Made by a program: the position numbers and the translations under genes. A DNA stretch of 64,000 nt. It comes from an uncultured Candidatus Saccharibacteria bacterium. Its GTDB lineage: Bacteria > Patescibacteriota > Minisyncoccia > UBA6257 > 02-FULL-45-10c. Below are positions 16,440-25,633 of the stretch, piece by piece. Below the pieces are notes generated by a model. The model was not told where the DNA came from. It was given only the letters and a program-made list of their open reading frames with translations, and did no database searches. The stretch covers positions 6-64,005 of the forward strand of contig CAYHBW010000002.1 of assembly GCA_964355085.1 (NCBI GenBank), given 5' to 3'. Positions within the stretch are counted from its first letter, which is position 1. Each line of letters begins with the position of its first letter.

Positions 16440-18689
16440 ATGGGTGCATTCCAGACAGTTCGCAAGCGCAATGGTTGGTTGGTTCCGTTTGATTTCATGA
16501 GGATAGTCAATGCCGTTGCCAAGGCCCTGGAAGTCACCCGGGAGGGAAGTTTGGAAGATGCGCAGAAGATCGCCGACAGCGTCGTTAAAGAGTTGAGGAA
16601 AAAGCATCAGCCGAACTACATATTGAGCATAGAAGAGATCCAGGACGAGGTCGAGGAACAGCTGATCCTCGCCGATTTTTCCAAGACCGCAAAGGCGTAT
16701 ATCTTATACCGTCAGGAGCGCTCCAGATTGCGGGAAGCTTCCAGGCAGGTTCCGGAACACGTGAAGAAACTTGCCGAAGAAAGCAAGAAATATTTCAAGA
16801 ATCCGCTTTCGGAATTCATCTATTACCGGACTTATTCCCGCTGGATAGAAACCGAGGACAGGCGCGAGACCTGGATTGAAACAGTGAATCGTTATATGGA
16901 TTTCATGAAGGAGAATCTCGGCGACAAGCTTTCGGCGAAAGAATACGGGGAACTGCGTGACGGGATCCTCAAGCAGGAAGCGATGCCGTCGATGCGTCTT
17001 TTATGGAGCGCCGGGAGCGCCGCGCGCAAGACCAACGTTGCCGGTTATAACTGTTCCTATGTCGCTCCGACCAAGCTTCGGGATTTTTCCGAAATAATGT
17101 ATATCCTGATGTGCGGAGCCGGGGTGGGTTTTTCCGTGGAACAGCAGACAGTCCAGCAGCTTCCGCAGATCAAGCCGCAGACCGGGAAGAAACTCCCGAC
17201 TCATATCATAAAAGACAGCAAGGAAGGATGGGCTGACGCTTTGAATCTCGGCTTGGAGACTTGGTATGGAGGGAAGGACATTGATTTTGATTTTTCCGAG
17301 CTTCGTCCGGCCGGGGCCCGCTTGCTCACTATGGGAGGAAAAAGTTCCGGTCCGGCGCCTCTCCGGGCGGTTTTGATCTTCGCCCGCTCCAAGATCCTGG
17401 CCAATCAGAGCCGCCGTCTGAAGCCGATCGACGTCCATGATCTTGTCTGCAAGATAGGGGAAGTCGTCGTCATGGGAGGCGTGCGCAGGAGCGCTTTGAT
17501 TTCTCTTTCAGATCTGGATGATCAAGATATGCGGGATGCCAAAAAAGGCCAGTTCTATCTGAATGAGCCGCAGCGAAGCATGGCCAATAATTCCACTGTT
17601 TACAGCCAAAAGCCCAGCGGAAGCGTGTTTTTGGATGAATGGATAGCGCTTGCCAAAAGCGGTACCGGCGAGCGGGGAATATTCAACCGCGGCAGTCTGG
17701 AAAAGCAGGTTCCCAAGCGCCGCTGGAAGCTGTTCGGAAAGAAATCCATGACGACCGGATCCAATCCTTGCGGAGAAATCATCCTGCGCTCAAAGGAATT
17801 CTGCAACCTTTCTGAAGTCGTCGCCCGTCCGAATGACACTGAAGCGACTCTGATGGAGAAGGTAAGATTGGCGGCGATTCTCGGCACTTATCAGTCGACT
17901 CTCACTAATTTTCCGTATCTTTCAAAAGAATGGAAACAGAACTGCGAAGAAGAGCGGCTTCTCGGCGTATCCATCACCGGCCAGTGGGATTGTCCGGCGC
18001 TTCATAAAGACGACGGAAAGCTTTTCAAGAAGCTCCGCGATGAGGCGATCGAAACAAATAAAGAATACGCCAGGAGATTCGGAGTCAATGCTTCCGCGTC
18101 CGTCACCTGCGTAAAGCCGTCCGGAACTGTCTCTCAATTGGTGGACGCTTCTTCCGGATTGCATACCCGCCATGCGCAATATTATATCCGCCGCGTCCGC
18201 ATAGCCGCGACTGACAGCTTGTTCAGGATGCTCCGCGATCAGAAAGTGCATGTTTATCCGGAGGTGGGGCAGGAAGCCAATCCGACTACTTATGTCCTGG
18301 AATTTCCGGTCAAAGCATCTTCCAAGGCGGTATTTCGCAACGATCTGACGGCTCTCCAGCAACTTGAATATTGGCAGAAAGTGAAGGAAAATTTCACCGA
18401 GCATAATCCGTCGATTACGGTTTCCGTAGGAAATGACGAATGGATTCTTGTCGCCAATTGGCTTTATGAGCGCTGGGATATGATCGGCGGACTTTCTTTC
18501 CTTCCGCGTGAGGAGCATGTTTATGAGTTGGCGCCTTATGAGGAGATAACAAAAGGCCGGTACGATGAGATGATGAGCCAGTTTCCGGATATAGATTTTT
18601 CCCAGATTCTGCTTTATGAAAAGGACGATGAGACGCAGGGAGCGAAGGAGCTGGCCTGTGTCGGCGGAGTCTGTGAAATACAGTTTTAA
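16440..18689 (+). CDS. nrdJ: Class II (adenosylcobalamin-dependent) ribonucleoside-triphosphate/diphosphate reductase with an N-terminal ATP-cone.
   Basis: An ATP-cone begins at MGAFQTVRKRNGWLVPFDFMRI. The active site reads SNPCGEI, and the C-terminus is CVGGVCEIQF. Confidence 0.9.
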   Translation: MGAFQTVRKRNGWLVPFDFMRIVNAVAKALEVTREGSLEDAQKIADSVVKELRKKHQPNYILSIEEIQDEVEEQLILADFSKTAKAYILYRQERSRLREASRQVPEHVKKLAEESKKYFKNPLSEFIYYRTYSRWIETEDRRETWIETVNRYMDFMKENLGDKLSAKEYGELRDGILKQEAMPSMRLLWSAGSAARKTNVAGYNCSYVAPTKLRDFSEIMYILMCGAGVGFSVEQQTVQQLPQIKPQTGKKLPTHIIKDSKEGWADALNLGLETWYGGKDIDFDFSELRPAGARLLTMGGKSSGPAPLRAVLIFARSKILANQSRRLKPIDVHDLVCKIGEVVVMGGVRRSALISLSDLDDQDMRDAKKGQFYLNEPQRSMANNSTVYSQKPSGSVFLDEWIALAKSGTGERGIFNRGSLEKQVPKRRWKLFGKKSMTTGSNPCGEIILRSKEFCNLSEVVARPNDTEATLMEKVRLAAILGTYQSTLTNFPYLSKEWKQNCEEERLLGVSITGQWDCPALHKDDGKLFKKLRDEAIETNKEYARRFGVNASASVTCVKPSGTVSQLVDASSGLHTRHAQYYIRRVRIAATDSLFRMLRDQKVHVYPEVGQEANPTTYVLEFPVKASSKAVFRNDLTALQQLEYWQKVKENFTEHNPSITVSVGNDEWILVANWLYERWDMIGGLSFLPREEHVYELAPYEEITKGRYDEMMSQFPDIDFSQILLYEKDDETQGAKELACVGGVCEIQF

Positions 18690-18716
18690 AAAATCCCCCT
18701 TAGGGGGATTTTTCAT
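18690..18716. terminator. Bidirectional intrinsic terminator shared by nrdJ (+) and the convergent PAS gene (-).
   Basis: AAAAAATCCCCC-TTAG-GGGGGATTTTTCAT. The stop codon of the minus-strand gene lies inside the stem. Confidence 0.8.
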
Positions 18717-19632
18717 GGGCAGATTGCTGTTTTTTGAGTCTTTCTATCTCTTTTTTGAGCTCAATCATTTTTAGCTCCCGGCCGATCATCAGCTTATTCA
18801 TCGTTTCAATCTCTCTTATGCGGATGCTCTCCTGACTCCCGGCCTTTTTCTCATCAGTTATGTCTTGAGAGATGAAAAGCACCAGCTCCACTTCGCCGCT
18901 TTCATTACGAACCGGCGCTATTTTTGATCTGCACCATGATCCCTTGGATGTCCCGACTGCGTGCTCCATGGTGAATTCTACTCCGTCCTTGTTCTCAAGC
19001 GCTTCGGCGAATTTTTCTTTGACAATCGCATGGTATTTTTTGTCGATGCATTCCATATACTCCCAATTTTTTATTTCTAAATCGGTTTTTTCGGTAAGGA
19101 AATGCTCCTCTTTTCCGGCTTTGTTTACGGAGAGCAGGTTGCCTTCTTTATCGAACCATTTGATGCAAAGCGGAGTGGCATCCAAAAGGAGTTTGAACAT
19201 CCTCCTCTCTCTTTTGAGACTCAATTCCGCCTTGGTGTATTCGGTGAAGTCCAGCGAGCACATTATTACATACTCGGTCCCGCCGTCGGAATTTTTCAGC
19301 GGCGAGGCGGCGCTGAAGCACCATTGCTGTCTGGAAGTTCCGGAAACATGCCCGAATTCGGCGTATCTGGTTTCCCCGGAGAAAGCCGCCTCGGCCGCGT
19401 CCTTTATTTTTCCCCTGTCTCCTTCTGCGATTGTTGAAAAATAATCAAACGAATCAAATTGTTCCTGTCTGGTGATTTTATGCTCCTGCGCGCCCCAGTT
19501 GTTTATGAAAACGAGGCGGAGCTTCCTGTCGAATACTTTGATGCAAATCGGCGCGGACACGAGGATGCTTTCCATCATCGCGCCGTGGTTTTCAGAGAAT
19601 TCTTTTTTTGAAAAATATCCCGGTTTTTCCAT
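18700..19632 (-). CDS. Soluble tandem-PAS domain protein with a conserved C-terminal RELKMIELKKEI coiled-coil tail. No kinase or other output domain is present.
   Basis: Two PAS-like modules are present. The C-terminus is ...MNKLMIGRELKMIELKKEIERLKKQ. Confidence 0.8.
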   Translation of the reverse strand: MEKPGYFSKKEFSENHGAMMESILVSAPICIKVFDRKLRLVFINNWGAQEHKITRQEQFDSFDYFSTIAEGDRGKIKDAAEAAFSGETRYAEFGHVSGTSRQQWCFSAASPLKNSDGGTEYVIMCSLDFTEYTKAELSLKRERRMFKLLLDATPLCIKWFDKEGNLLSVNKAGKEEHFLTEKTDLEIKNWEYMECIDKKYHAIVKEKFAEALENKDGVEFTMEHAVGTSKGSWCRSKIAPVRNESGEVELVLFISQDITDEKKAGSQESIRIREIETMNKLMIGRELKMIELKKEIERLKKQQSAHEKSP

Positions 19633-19671
19633 CTGTTAATTATAGCAGATGTGGCGGCTTTGATAATTCGC

Positions 19672-20175
19672 TTAATTTATTTCAATCACGACGTATTCCC
19701 GTATTCCGTTTTTTGTTTTGACGTAGGCGGTTTCCCCGATTTTTTTCCCGATGATGCTCTTGCCGAGAGGGGATTCGTTGGAAATTCTTCCATTCGTCGG
19801 ATCGGATTCCTGGGATCCGAGGATCCTGTAGGTTTTTTCGGAATTGTCGGACCGCAGCCGGACGACCGATCCAATCTGCGCGGTTCCGGATTTTTTCTGA
19901 TCGGCTTTTATCACTACGGTCCGCTTAATTTGGTTCTCCGTGCTTAAAATCTGCCAGTGCGTCCGGCGGAGGGCGGATTTGACCTCTTTATATTCGGCAT
20001 TATCCGACCGGTCTCCGTAAGCCGCTGTCCTCTGGGTTTCGGCGATCAGCTCCGGCAGGGATTTTTTCAGCCGTTCCAATTTCTGCTTCAGTCGGTCGAA
20101 TCCTTCCTGCGTCAGATAGATCAGGCTATCGTCGTATTTTTTCAGTTTTTCATGCCTTCTGGTCGGTAATCGCAT
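19672..20175 (-). CDS. greA: Transcription elongation factor GreA.
   Basis: An N-terminal coiled coil (LTQEGFDRLKQKLERLK) is followed by the FKBP-like C-terminal domain. Confidence 0.88.
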   Translation of the reverse strand: MRLPTRRHEKLKKYDDSLIYLTQEGFDRLKQKLERLKKSLPELIAETQRTAAYGDRSDNAEYKEVKSALRRTHWQILSTENQIKRTVVIKADQKKSGTAQIGSVVRLRSDNSEKTYRILGSQESDPTNGRISNESPLGKSIIGKKIGETAYVKTKNGIREYVVIEIN

Positions 20176-20269
20176 ATTTATTCAGACTTTAATCATCGCA
20201 TATTCTGCGGGCGCCTTTCAATCCGGCGGATGCGGAGAATCATGACCGCCGATTTGCTATCATTATAGT

Positions 20270-21547
20270 ATGAATATCCCGTTCGTCATTTTGTGCCTTA
20301 CGACGTTGTTTTTCTGGTTTTTGGTCATATATCTGCATCAGCAGAAATACCGGATAACCATCATACCTCTCTACGCGTATATCGCGGTTCTGACCGTTCT
20401 GATGCATAATTTTACGGATCTCGATTTCGCCATAGTGATGGGTCGGTGGTTTTTTCTGATATCTTCTTTTTCCCTTTTTACGACCCTGATGTTCGGAACG
20501 CTTTTTCTGTATCTTTTCGAAGGCCCGCGTGCCGGCCGGGTGGCGCTTGGCGTGATACTTTTCTCCTCTCTTTTTTATATCGCAACGGTTTACTTCCTCG
20601 GTTTCCAGGTTGATACGACCAGATGGGTTCAATTCAGCGCCGAGCAGGGGACGTATTATTTCTGGTCAATTCTTGCCATAGTTCTGGACGTGCTTTTTTT
20701 GGCGGTATTTTGGGAGCTGCTGTCTAAAATAAGCAGGTTGAACCTTACGGTCCGGGTGTTCCTTGTTGTATTCGGCGTTTTTGCTTTGGATTCGTTTATT
20801 TTTACGACCGGGGCTTTCGCCGGAACGGAATTCTATGCGGCGATTCTTAGCGGCAATCTCATGATTAGATTCATTTTGTCGTTATTCGGAGCGCCGATAA
20901 TGGCCCACTTCATGAGGGCTGAAGGATTTACGGAGGCCACACGGCAAAAACCCAAGAAATTCTGGGAAATCATGAATTTTCGTTCGGATCTGGAAATCAA
21001 GATATTGAGTCTTGAAGAGACGATTGTCAGCAATAAAATTCTTGAGGAAAAACTTAAGGATATCACCGAGACGTATGAACTGGCGATCGCCGGGGCGGGA
21101 GCCGGAATATGGGATTTGGATGTTTCCGGGAACCGCATGAAATTTTCACCGAAACTTTACCAGCTTCTTGGATATGAGCCGGGCGAACTCGACACTGATT
21201 TTGATTTTTTGAAATCTTCGCTTCTTAATTCCGATGAGAGCGATCAGGTTCTTTCGCTTGTTGAGAAAAGACTTGCCGACGGAAAACCGCTTGAGGCGGA
21301 GTGCCGTTTGAAAACAAAGTCCGGTCAGTACCGCTGGTTTTTGGCCAATGGGATTACCAAATTCGATAAACGAGGGAAGCCGGTCAGGATGGTCGGGTCT
21401 ATAATCGATATCAGCAACAAAAAAGATTCCGAGCTCAAACTTAAGGAGAAGATGGATGAACTGACGAAATTCAATGAAGTCATGCTCGGAAGGGAGCTGA
21501 AAATGATCGAGCTTAAGAAGGAAATAGATAATCTGAAAAACTCCTGA
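20270..21547 (+). CDS. Membrane-anchored PAS sensor protein with a multi-TM N-terminal domain and a C-terminal ELKMIELKKEI tail. No output domain is present.
   Basis: About seven TM helices occupy residues 1-230. A PAS domain follows, and the C-terminus is FNEVMLGRELKMIELKKEIDNLKNS. Confidence 0.8.
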   Translation: MNIPFVILCLTTLFFWFLVIYLHQQKYRITIIPLYAYIAVLTVLMHNFTDLDFAIVMGRWFFLISSFSLFTTLMFGTLFLYLFEGPRAGRVALGVILFSSLFYIATVYFLGFQVDTTRWVQFSAEQGTYYFWSILAIVLDVLFLAVFWELLSKISRLNLTVRVFLVVFGVFALDSFIFTTGAFAGTEFYAAILSGNLMIRFILSLFGAPIMAHFMRAEGFTEATRQKPKKFWEIMNFRSDLEIKILSLEETIVSNKILEEKLKDITETYELAIAGAGAGIWDLDVSGNRMKFSPKLYQLLGYEPGELDTDFDFLKSSLLNSDESDQVLSLVEKRLADGKPLEAECRLKTKSGQYRWFLANGITKFDKRGKPVRMVGSIIDISNKKDSELKLKEKMDELTKFNEVMLGRELKMIELKKEIDNLKNS

Positions 21548-21697
21548 ATTTCCGGTGGTGCTGGAATTAAAACCCGGCAGTTTTCAATCCTCAATTTCAT
21601 CTAGGTTTTCATTATCCGGCTTGATCCTGCCAGTCCGGGTCTCCACCGCTAGGAAGAGTCTCCCGGTGAATCACGATCATGTCTGTATCTTCAATCA

Positions 21698-21862
21698 TCA
21701 GGAGTTCTTCTCCCAATCCTTCGCTATGCCAGTAATTCCGATGATGGCCGTTATGATTCCGATCAGTTGTCCGCCGGGACTGTCATCGTATTCGCCGAAT
21801 ACGAACAGAAATGTTCCTAATGATATGGCGGCGGAGGAGAATATTATTTTCATTTTGTTCAT
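21698..21862 (-). CDS. Small hypothetical membrane protein of 54 aa (not in the supplied ORF track).
   Basis: Minus-strand translation gives MNKMKIIFSSAAISLGTFLFVFGEYDDSPGGQLIGIITAIIGITGIAKDWEKNS*. The overlapping plus-strand ORF 21555..21866 looks like non-protein sequence. Confidence 0.3.
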   Translation of the reverse strand: MNKMKIIFSSAAISLGTFLFVFGEYDDSPGGQLIGIITAIIGITGIAKDWEKNS

Positions 21863-21949
21863 ATAAGAAATATAACTATGATCTTTATGGAGCGGTTAAT
21901 TCCGAAAAATTTGCTCCTCGGGTAAAAGTATTTCCCGAGGGCTGCGTTC

Positions 21950-21988
21950 TAAAATATAAAAGCGCCCGAAGGCGCTAATATATTTTCT
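21950..21988 (-). terminator. Intrinsic terminator downstream of tRNA-Asn on the minus strand.
   Basis: The hairpin agcgcc-ttcg-ggcgct is followed by TTTTATATTTT on the minus strand. Confidence 0.7.
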
Positions 21989-21994
21989 CACTTG

Positions 21995-22066
21995 CTCCTC
22001 GGGTAGGGATCGAACCTACGACCGTCGCCTTAACAGGGCGCCGCTCTACCGCTGAGCTACCGAGGA
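21995..22066 (-). tRNA. tRNA-Asn (anticodon GUU).
   Basis: Manual cloverleaf, 72 nt: acceptor TCCTCGG/CCGAGGA, D-arm GCTC-AGCGGTA-GAGC, anticodon stem-loop GCGCC-CTGTTAA-GGCGA (GTT at positions 34-36, U33, A37), T-arm GTAGG-TTCGATC-CCTAC. CCA is not encoded. Confidence 0.85.
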
Positions 22067-22140
22067 ATATGAAGATTATTATATCGTAAAATCCGCTGTT
22101 TGCAAATACTGGCGCTTCCTATCTGTTATAATTATTTTAT

Positions 22141-22944
22141 ATGAATAAAAACATCATTTTTTGGATCGCGGGAGTTGTTTTTGCGGTTGCCGGTTGGTGG
22201 ATCTGGCAGTCCGGGTATTCCGGCGCGGACCGCCCGATTGCCGATTTTAAAGAGGCGGTTTATGAAATCAACGGACGGGAAATGCGGCTGGAAGGGGAGG
22301 CGGATCCGGAAACAAAAATGAATGCGTATTATTTCGGAAATGAGGCGAGTGGAGATCTGAACGGCGACGGATTGGACGACGTTATATTTCTGCTTACGCT
22401 CGACGGCGGCGGCAGCGGAACTTTCTTTTACGTTGCTGCGGCGCTCAAGACTGCCGACGGATATGCCGGTCAAAATGCGGTTTTTCTTGGAGACAGGATC
22501 GCTCCGCAGACTACGGAGATTTTCAACGGTATTGTTTATGTGAATTATGCGGAGCGGAAGGAAAATGATCCTATGACTACGCGACCTTCGGTCGGCGTTA
22601 CGAAATACCTGAATTTTTCCGGCGGCGCGCTTGCGGAAATAATTATTCAGGCAGGCGAGCAGCTGATGTGGGGGAATATCGTCATGGGTCACGAAGTACG
22701 GTCTTTCAGATCCTGCCAGGGCAATCATGAATATTGGATAATGGGGGATTCGCCCGCGTACAAAAAGATCGCTGATTCCTATCAAGAGCTTCTTCCGGCC
22801 GGTTCAAAGCCGTATACTCCGATATTCGGGGCTCTGATCGGCAGGATTGTGAAGTCCCCGGTAGACGGCTTCGGGGCTGATTATGACAACGCTCTTTCAG
22901 CAAGGGAAATAATTTCGGCAAGTCCGACAGGTCGATGTAGATGA
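22141..22944 (+). CDS. Hypothetical secreted or membrane-anchored protein.
   Basis: The N-terminal signal anchor is IIFWIAGVVFAVAGWWIW. No family was recognised. Confidence 0.55.
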   Translation: MNKNIIFWIAGVVFAVAGWWIWQSGYSGADRPIADFKEAVYEINGREMRLEGEADPETKMNAYYFGNEASGDLNGDGLDDVIFLLTLDGGGSGTFFYVAAALKTADGYAGQNAVFLGDRIAPQTTEIFNGIVYVNYAERKENDPMTTRPSVGVTKYLNFSGGALAEIIIQAGEQLMWGNIVMGHEVRSFRSCQGNHEYWIMGDSPAYKKIADSYQELLPAGSKPYTPIFGALIGRIVKSPVDGFGADYDNALSAREIISASPTGRCR

Positions 22945-22957
22945 CATTTCGGAAGGA

Positions 22958-23410
22958 TTGAAATTCATTATAATTTATTTTTTAAATTTCATGATTGAAT
23001 TGAATTATTTTGCTGTTTTGGGAGCGGCGTTTGCAAGTATGGCGATCGGAATGCTTTGGTACGGCCCGGTGTTCGGAAATACGTGGAAGCAGCTGATGGG
23101 CATTACGGACGAAAGCATGAAATCAATGAGTATGACTCCGATGCGCGCGATGTTGCTCGGTTTTGCGTCAAATCTTGTCATGGCTTGCGTACTTTCATAT
23201 TCGCTGGCATTTGCCAACGCATTTCTCGGCACATCCGGATTAAGCGCCGGATTGATGGCCGGATTCTGGAGTTGGCTGGGTTTTGTAGCTCCGGTTCAGC
23301 TCGGATCTGTTCTCTGGGAAGGTAAGTCCTGGCAGCTCTGGTTTCTGAACGCCTCTTATCAGCTGGTCGCTTTGGCGGTCATGGGGGCGATTCTGGCGGC
23401 AATGGGATAG
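22958..23410 (+). CDS. DUF1761-like integral membrane protein.
   Basis: A four-TM protein. The segment GMLWYGPVFGNTW resembles the DUF1761 family. Confidence 0.5.
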   Translation: MKFIIIYFLNFMIELNYFAVLGAAFASMAIGMLWYGPVFGNTWKQLMGITDESMKSMSMTPMRAMLLGFASNLVMACVLSYSLAFANAFLGTSGLSAGLMAGFWSWLGFVAPVQLGSVLWEGKSWQLWFLNASYQLVALAVMGAILAAMG

Positions 23411-23559
23411 TTTCGCGGGTATTGCGTTTTACCGGATTTTATGATATATTGTAATGCGTAGGATTAAATAGTCTGACTCCCTAAGTAAGTTATAAGTTTA
23501 CTTGTAATCATTTTAAGTTGGAGGAAGCAGGTCGGCCCTACGAAAAATATAGATTATAT

Positions 23560-23868
23560 ATGGCAAAAAAATTATACGTCGGTGGTCTGCCTTATTCCAC
23601 AACTCAAGACGAGTTGAAGAATGAGTTTTCCAAAGCTGGCGCAGTTTCCTCTGCAATGGTCATCATGGATAAAATGACCGGCCGTTCCAAAGGATTCGGA
23701 TTCGTTGAATATGAATCCGATGAAGACGCTGCGAAAGCCATTGAAATGTTCAATGGCCAGATGCTTGGTGGCCGCAATTTGACGGTCAATGAAGCCCGCC
23801 CGCTTGAAGCCCGTCCGCCTCGCAGAGACGGAGGTGGTTTCGGTGGAGGTCGTCGCGACAGATTCTAA
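23560..23868 (+). CDS. RRM-type RNA-binding protein with a glycine/arginine-rich tail.
   Basis: RNP2 is LYVGGL and RNP1 is KGFGFVEY. The C-terminus is an RGG-like tail, RRDGGGFGGGRRDRF. The ATG at 23560 is chosen as start; the ORF track uses a TTG at 23518. Confidence 0.85.
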   Translation: MAKKLYVGGLPYSTTQDELKNEFSKAGAVSSAMVIMDKMTGRSKGFGFVEYESDEDAAKAIEMFNGQMLGGRNLTVNEARPLEARPPRRDGGGFGGGRRDRF

Positions 23869-23882
23869 TATTGAATCAACGA

Positions 23883-23912
23883 AAACAGCCCATAAAGGGC
23901 TGTTTTCGTTTC
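23883..23912 (+). terminator. Intrinsic terminator after the RRM gene.
   Basis: aaaacagccc-ataaa-gggctgtttt is followed by CGTTT. Confidence 0.75.
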
Positions 23913-23944
23913 TATGGACGGAAAGAATGTGATAAAATGAGCAC

Positions 23945-25192
23945 ATGGACAATTTATTAAACAAATGCGGAAACTTTTTCAATATTTTGAATGTCGGACT
24001 TTATCGGAGCACATTAGACGGAAAGTTCATTGAGGTCAATCCGGCTCTGGTAAAGATATCCGGTCTGGAGTCTGCGGAAGAACTTTTGAAGCACAATGTC
24101 ATTGAAATATACCGCAATCCGGAAAATCGGAAAGAAATAGTTGAAAAAATTAAAAAAGAAGGATCTATAACCCTTTACTCTTTTCCGGCCAGAAATTTCA
24201 AAGGTGAAAATATTCTGACAAATGTTTCCGTTATTTTTGACAAGGGAGGAAATGGAGTAGAGCCGCATTTGGATGGAGTCGTGCAGGACATTACGGAATT
24301 GGAAGAATCAAAAGATAAACTTTCTGAAATTCAGGAAAGATATCAGGACTTCATAAGAGATACTAATCTTGCAATTTTTATAAGTACGCCTGGACCGGTC
24401 GGCAAGTTCATCGAAGCCAATGATGCGGCCATAAAGATGTTCGGAGCTGATTCAAGGGAGGATCTGCTGAATCGCAAGCCGAGCGACCTTTATGCGGATC
24501 CGGAAGCGAGAGGAATGGCGAGTGATGAGCTGGTAAAGAGCGGGTTCATAAGGAACAAGGAAATTGAACTGTTGAATTATAAGGGTAAAAAAATATGGGT
24601 CGTCGTATCCGCTATATTGAAGAAAACAGATCAGGGTTCGCTTTTTTACGGGACATTTTTTGATATAACCGAAAGGAAGTTGATTGAAGAAAAATTAAGA
24701 GCCAGCGAGATAGTTCTGAAAAAATCCCAGGAAGTGTCCATGGTTGGAAGTTGGACGTTGAATACATTGACCGGCAAAATCAGATGGTCTGATGAAGTTT
24801 TCCATATTTTCGGGGTTGAAATCCAGGAAAATGATCTGGATTTTGAATATTTCATGAAGTTCGTCCATCGAGACGATCTTGAGAAGATAAATGATGAGCT
24901 GGAGAATATTTCGAAAGGAATGATTCCGGACCCGTTTGAATACAGGATAGTTCTCCAGGATAAATCAATTCGCAATATATATGCTGTTTCTTACGGAGAA
25001 TCTTCTGCTGACGGTAAATTGCAAACCTTATCTGGGATTGTTCAGGATATCACTGACAGGAAGAGGGTTGAACTTGATCTTCTGGAAAAGATCAATGAGT
25101 TGGAGCGAATTAACAGCTTAATGGTGAATCGGGAACTCAAGATGATTGAACTCAAAGAGGAGATAAGAAAATTGAGAGAGGAAAAATTATAA
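23945..25192 (+). CDS. Soluble multi-PAS domain protein (about three PAS modules) with a C-terminal ELKMIELKEEI tail. No output domain is present.
   Basis: PAS-like repeats are present. The C-terminus is INSLMVNRELKMIELKEEIRKLREEKL. Confidence 0.8.
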   Translation: MDNLLNKCGNFFNILNVGLYRSTLDGKFIEVNPALVKISGLESAEELLKHNVIEIYRNPENRKEIVEKIKKEGSITLYSFPARNFKGENILTNVSVIFDKGGNGVEPHLDGVVQDITELEESKDKLSEIQERYQDFIRDTNLAIFISTPGPVGKFIEANDAAIKMFGADSREDLLNRKPSDLYADPEARGMASDELVKSGFIRNKEIELLNYKGKKIWVVVSAILKKTDQGSLFYGTFFDITERKLIEEKLRASEIVLKKSQEVSMVGSWTLNTLTGKIRWSDEVFHIFGVEIQENDLDFEYFMKFVHRDDLEKINDELENISKGMIPDPFEYRIVLQDKSIRNIYAVSYGESSADGKLQTLSGIVQDITDRKRVELDLLEKINELERINSLMVNRELKMIELKEEIRKLREEKL

Positions 25193-25404
25193 TTTTAAGG
25201 GACAAATTATTGTGAAACAGGTATTTCTGGGGATTTTGGCAATCGGAACGATAGCTTTTTCTTTCTTTATCGCCCGAGAGCAGATACTCTTCATTTTCAG
25301 GGAGATTTCCGCCGGCAGATACAGCGAAATCCAATTCAAAAAAATAAAATAGCCGGCATTTTAAAATAGGCGGCGAGGGGTTATAATTAATCTGAATCAG
25401 GATT

Positions 25405-25608
25405 ATGAGAAAATTATATAAAAGCAAAGATAATAAGGTTCTTTCCGGGGTTTTTGGGGGCGTTGCGGAATATTTTGATATCGATCCGACCATTGTCCGG
25501 CTCGGATATATTTTATTGACAATTCTGACTCATGGAGCGCCGGGAGTAATCGGCTATATTTTAGCCACATTGGTAGTTCCTTCAGATCCATCAGAAATCA
25601 GAAAATAA
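25405..25608 (+). CDS. PspC-domain protein (phage-shock protein C N-terminal domain family).
   Basis: Translation MRKLYKSKDNKVLSGVFGGVAEYFDIDPTIVRLGYILL matches the PspC domain consensus. Confidence 0.8.
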   Translation: MRKLYKSKDNKVLSGVFGGVAEYFDIDPTIVRLGYILLTILTHGAPGVIGYILATLVVPSDPSEIRK

Positions 25609-25633
25609 TTTATCATCATACCGATTCAATGCC

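Noticed and set aside
21555-21866. A plus-strand 103-aa ORF after the membrane PAS gene.
   Set aside because: The translation lacks protein-like character. The opposite strand encodes a cleaner 54-aa TM protein with an ATG start, which is preferred, though itself at low confidence.
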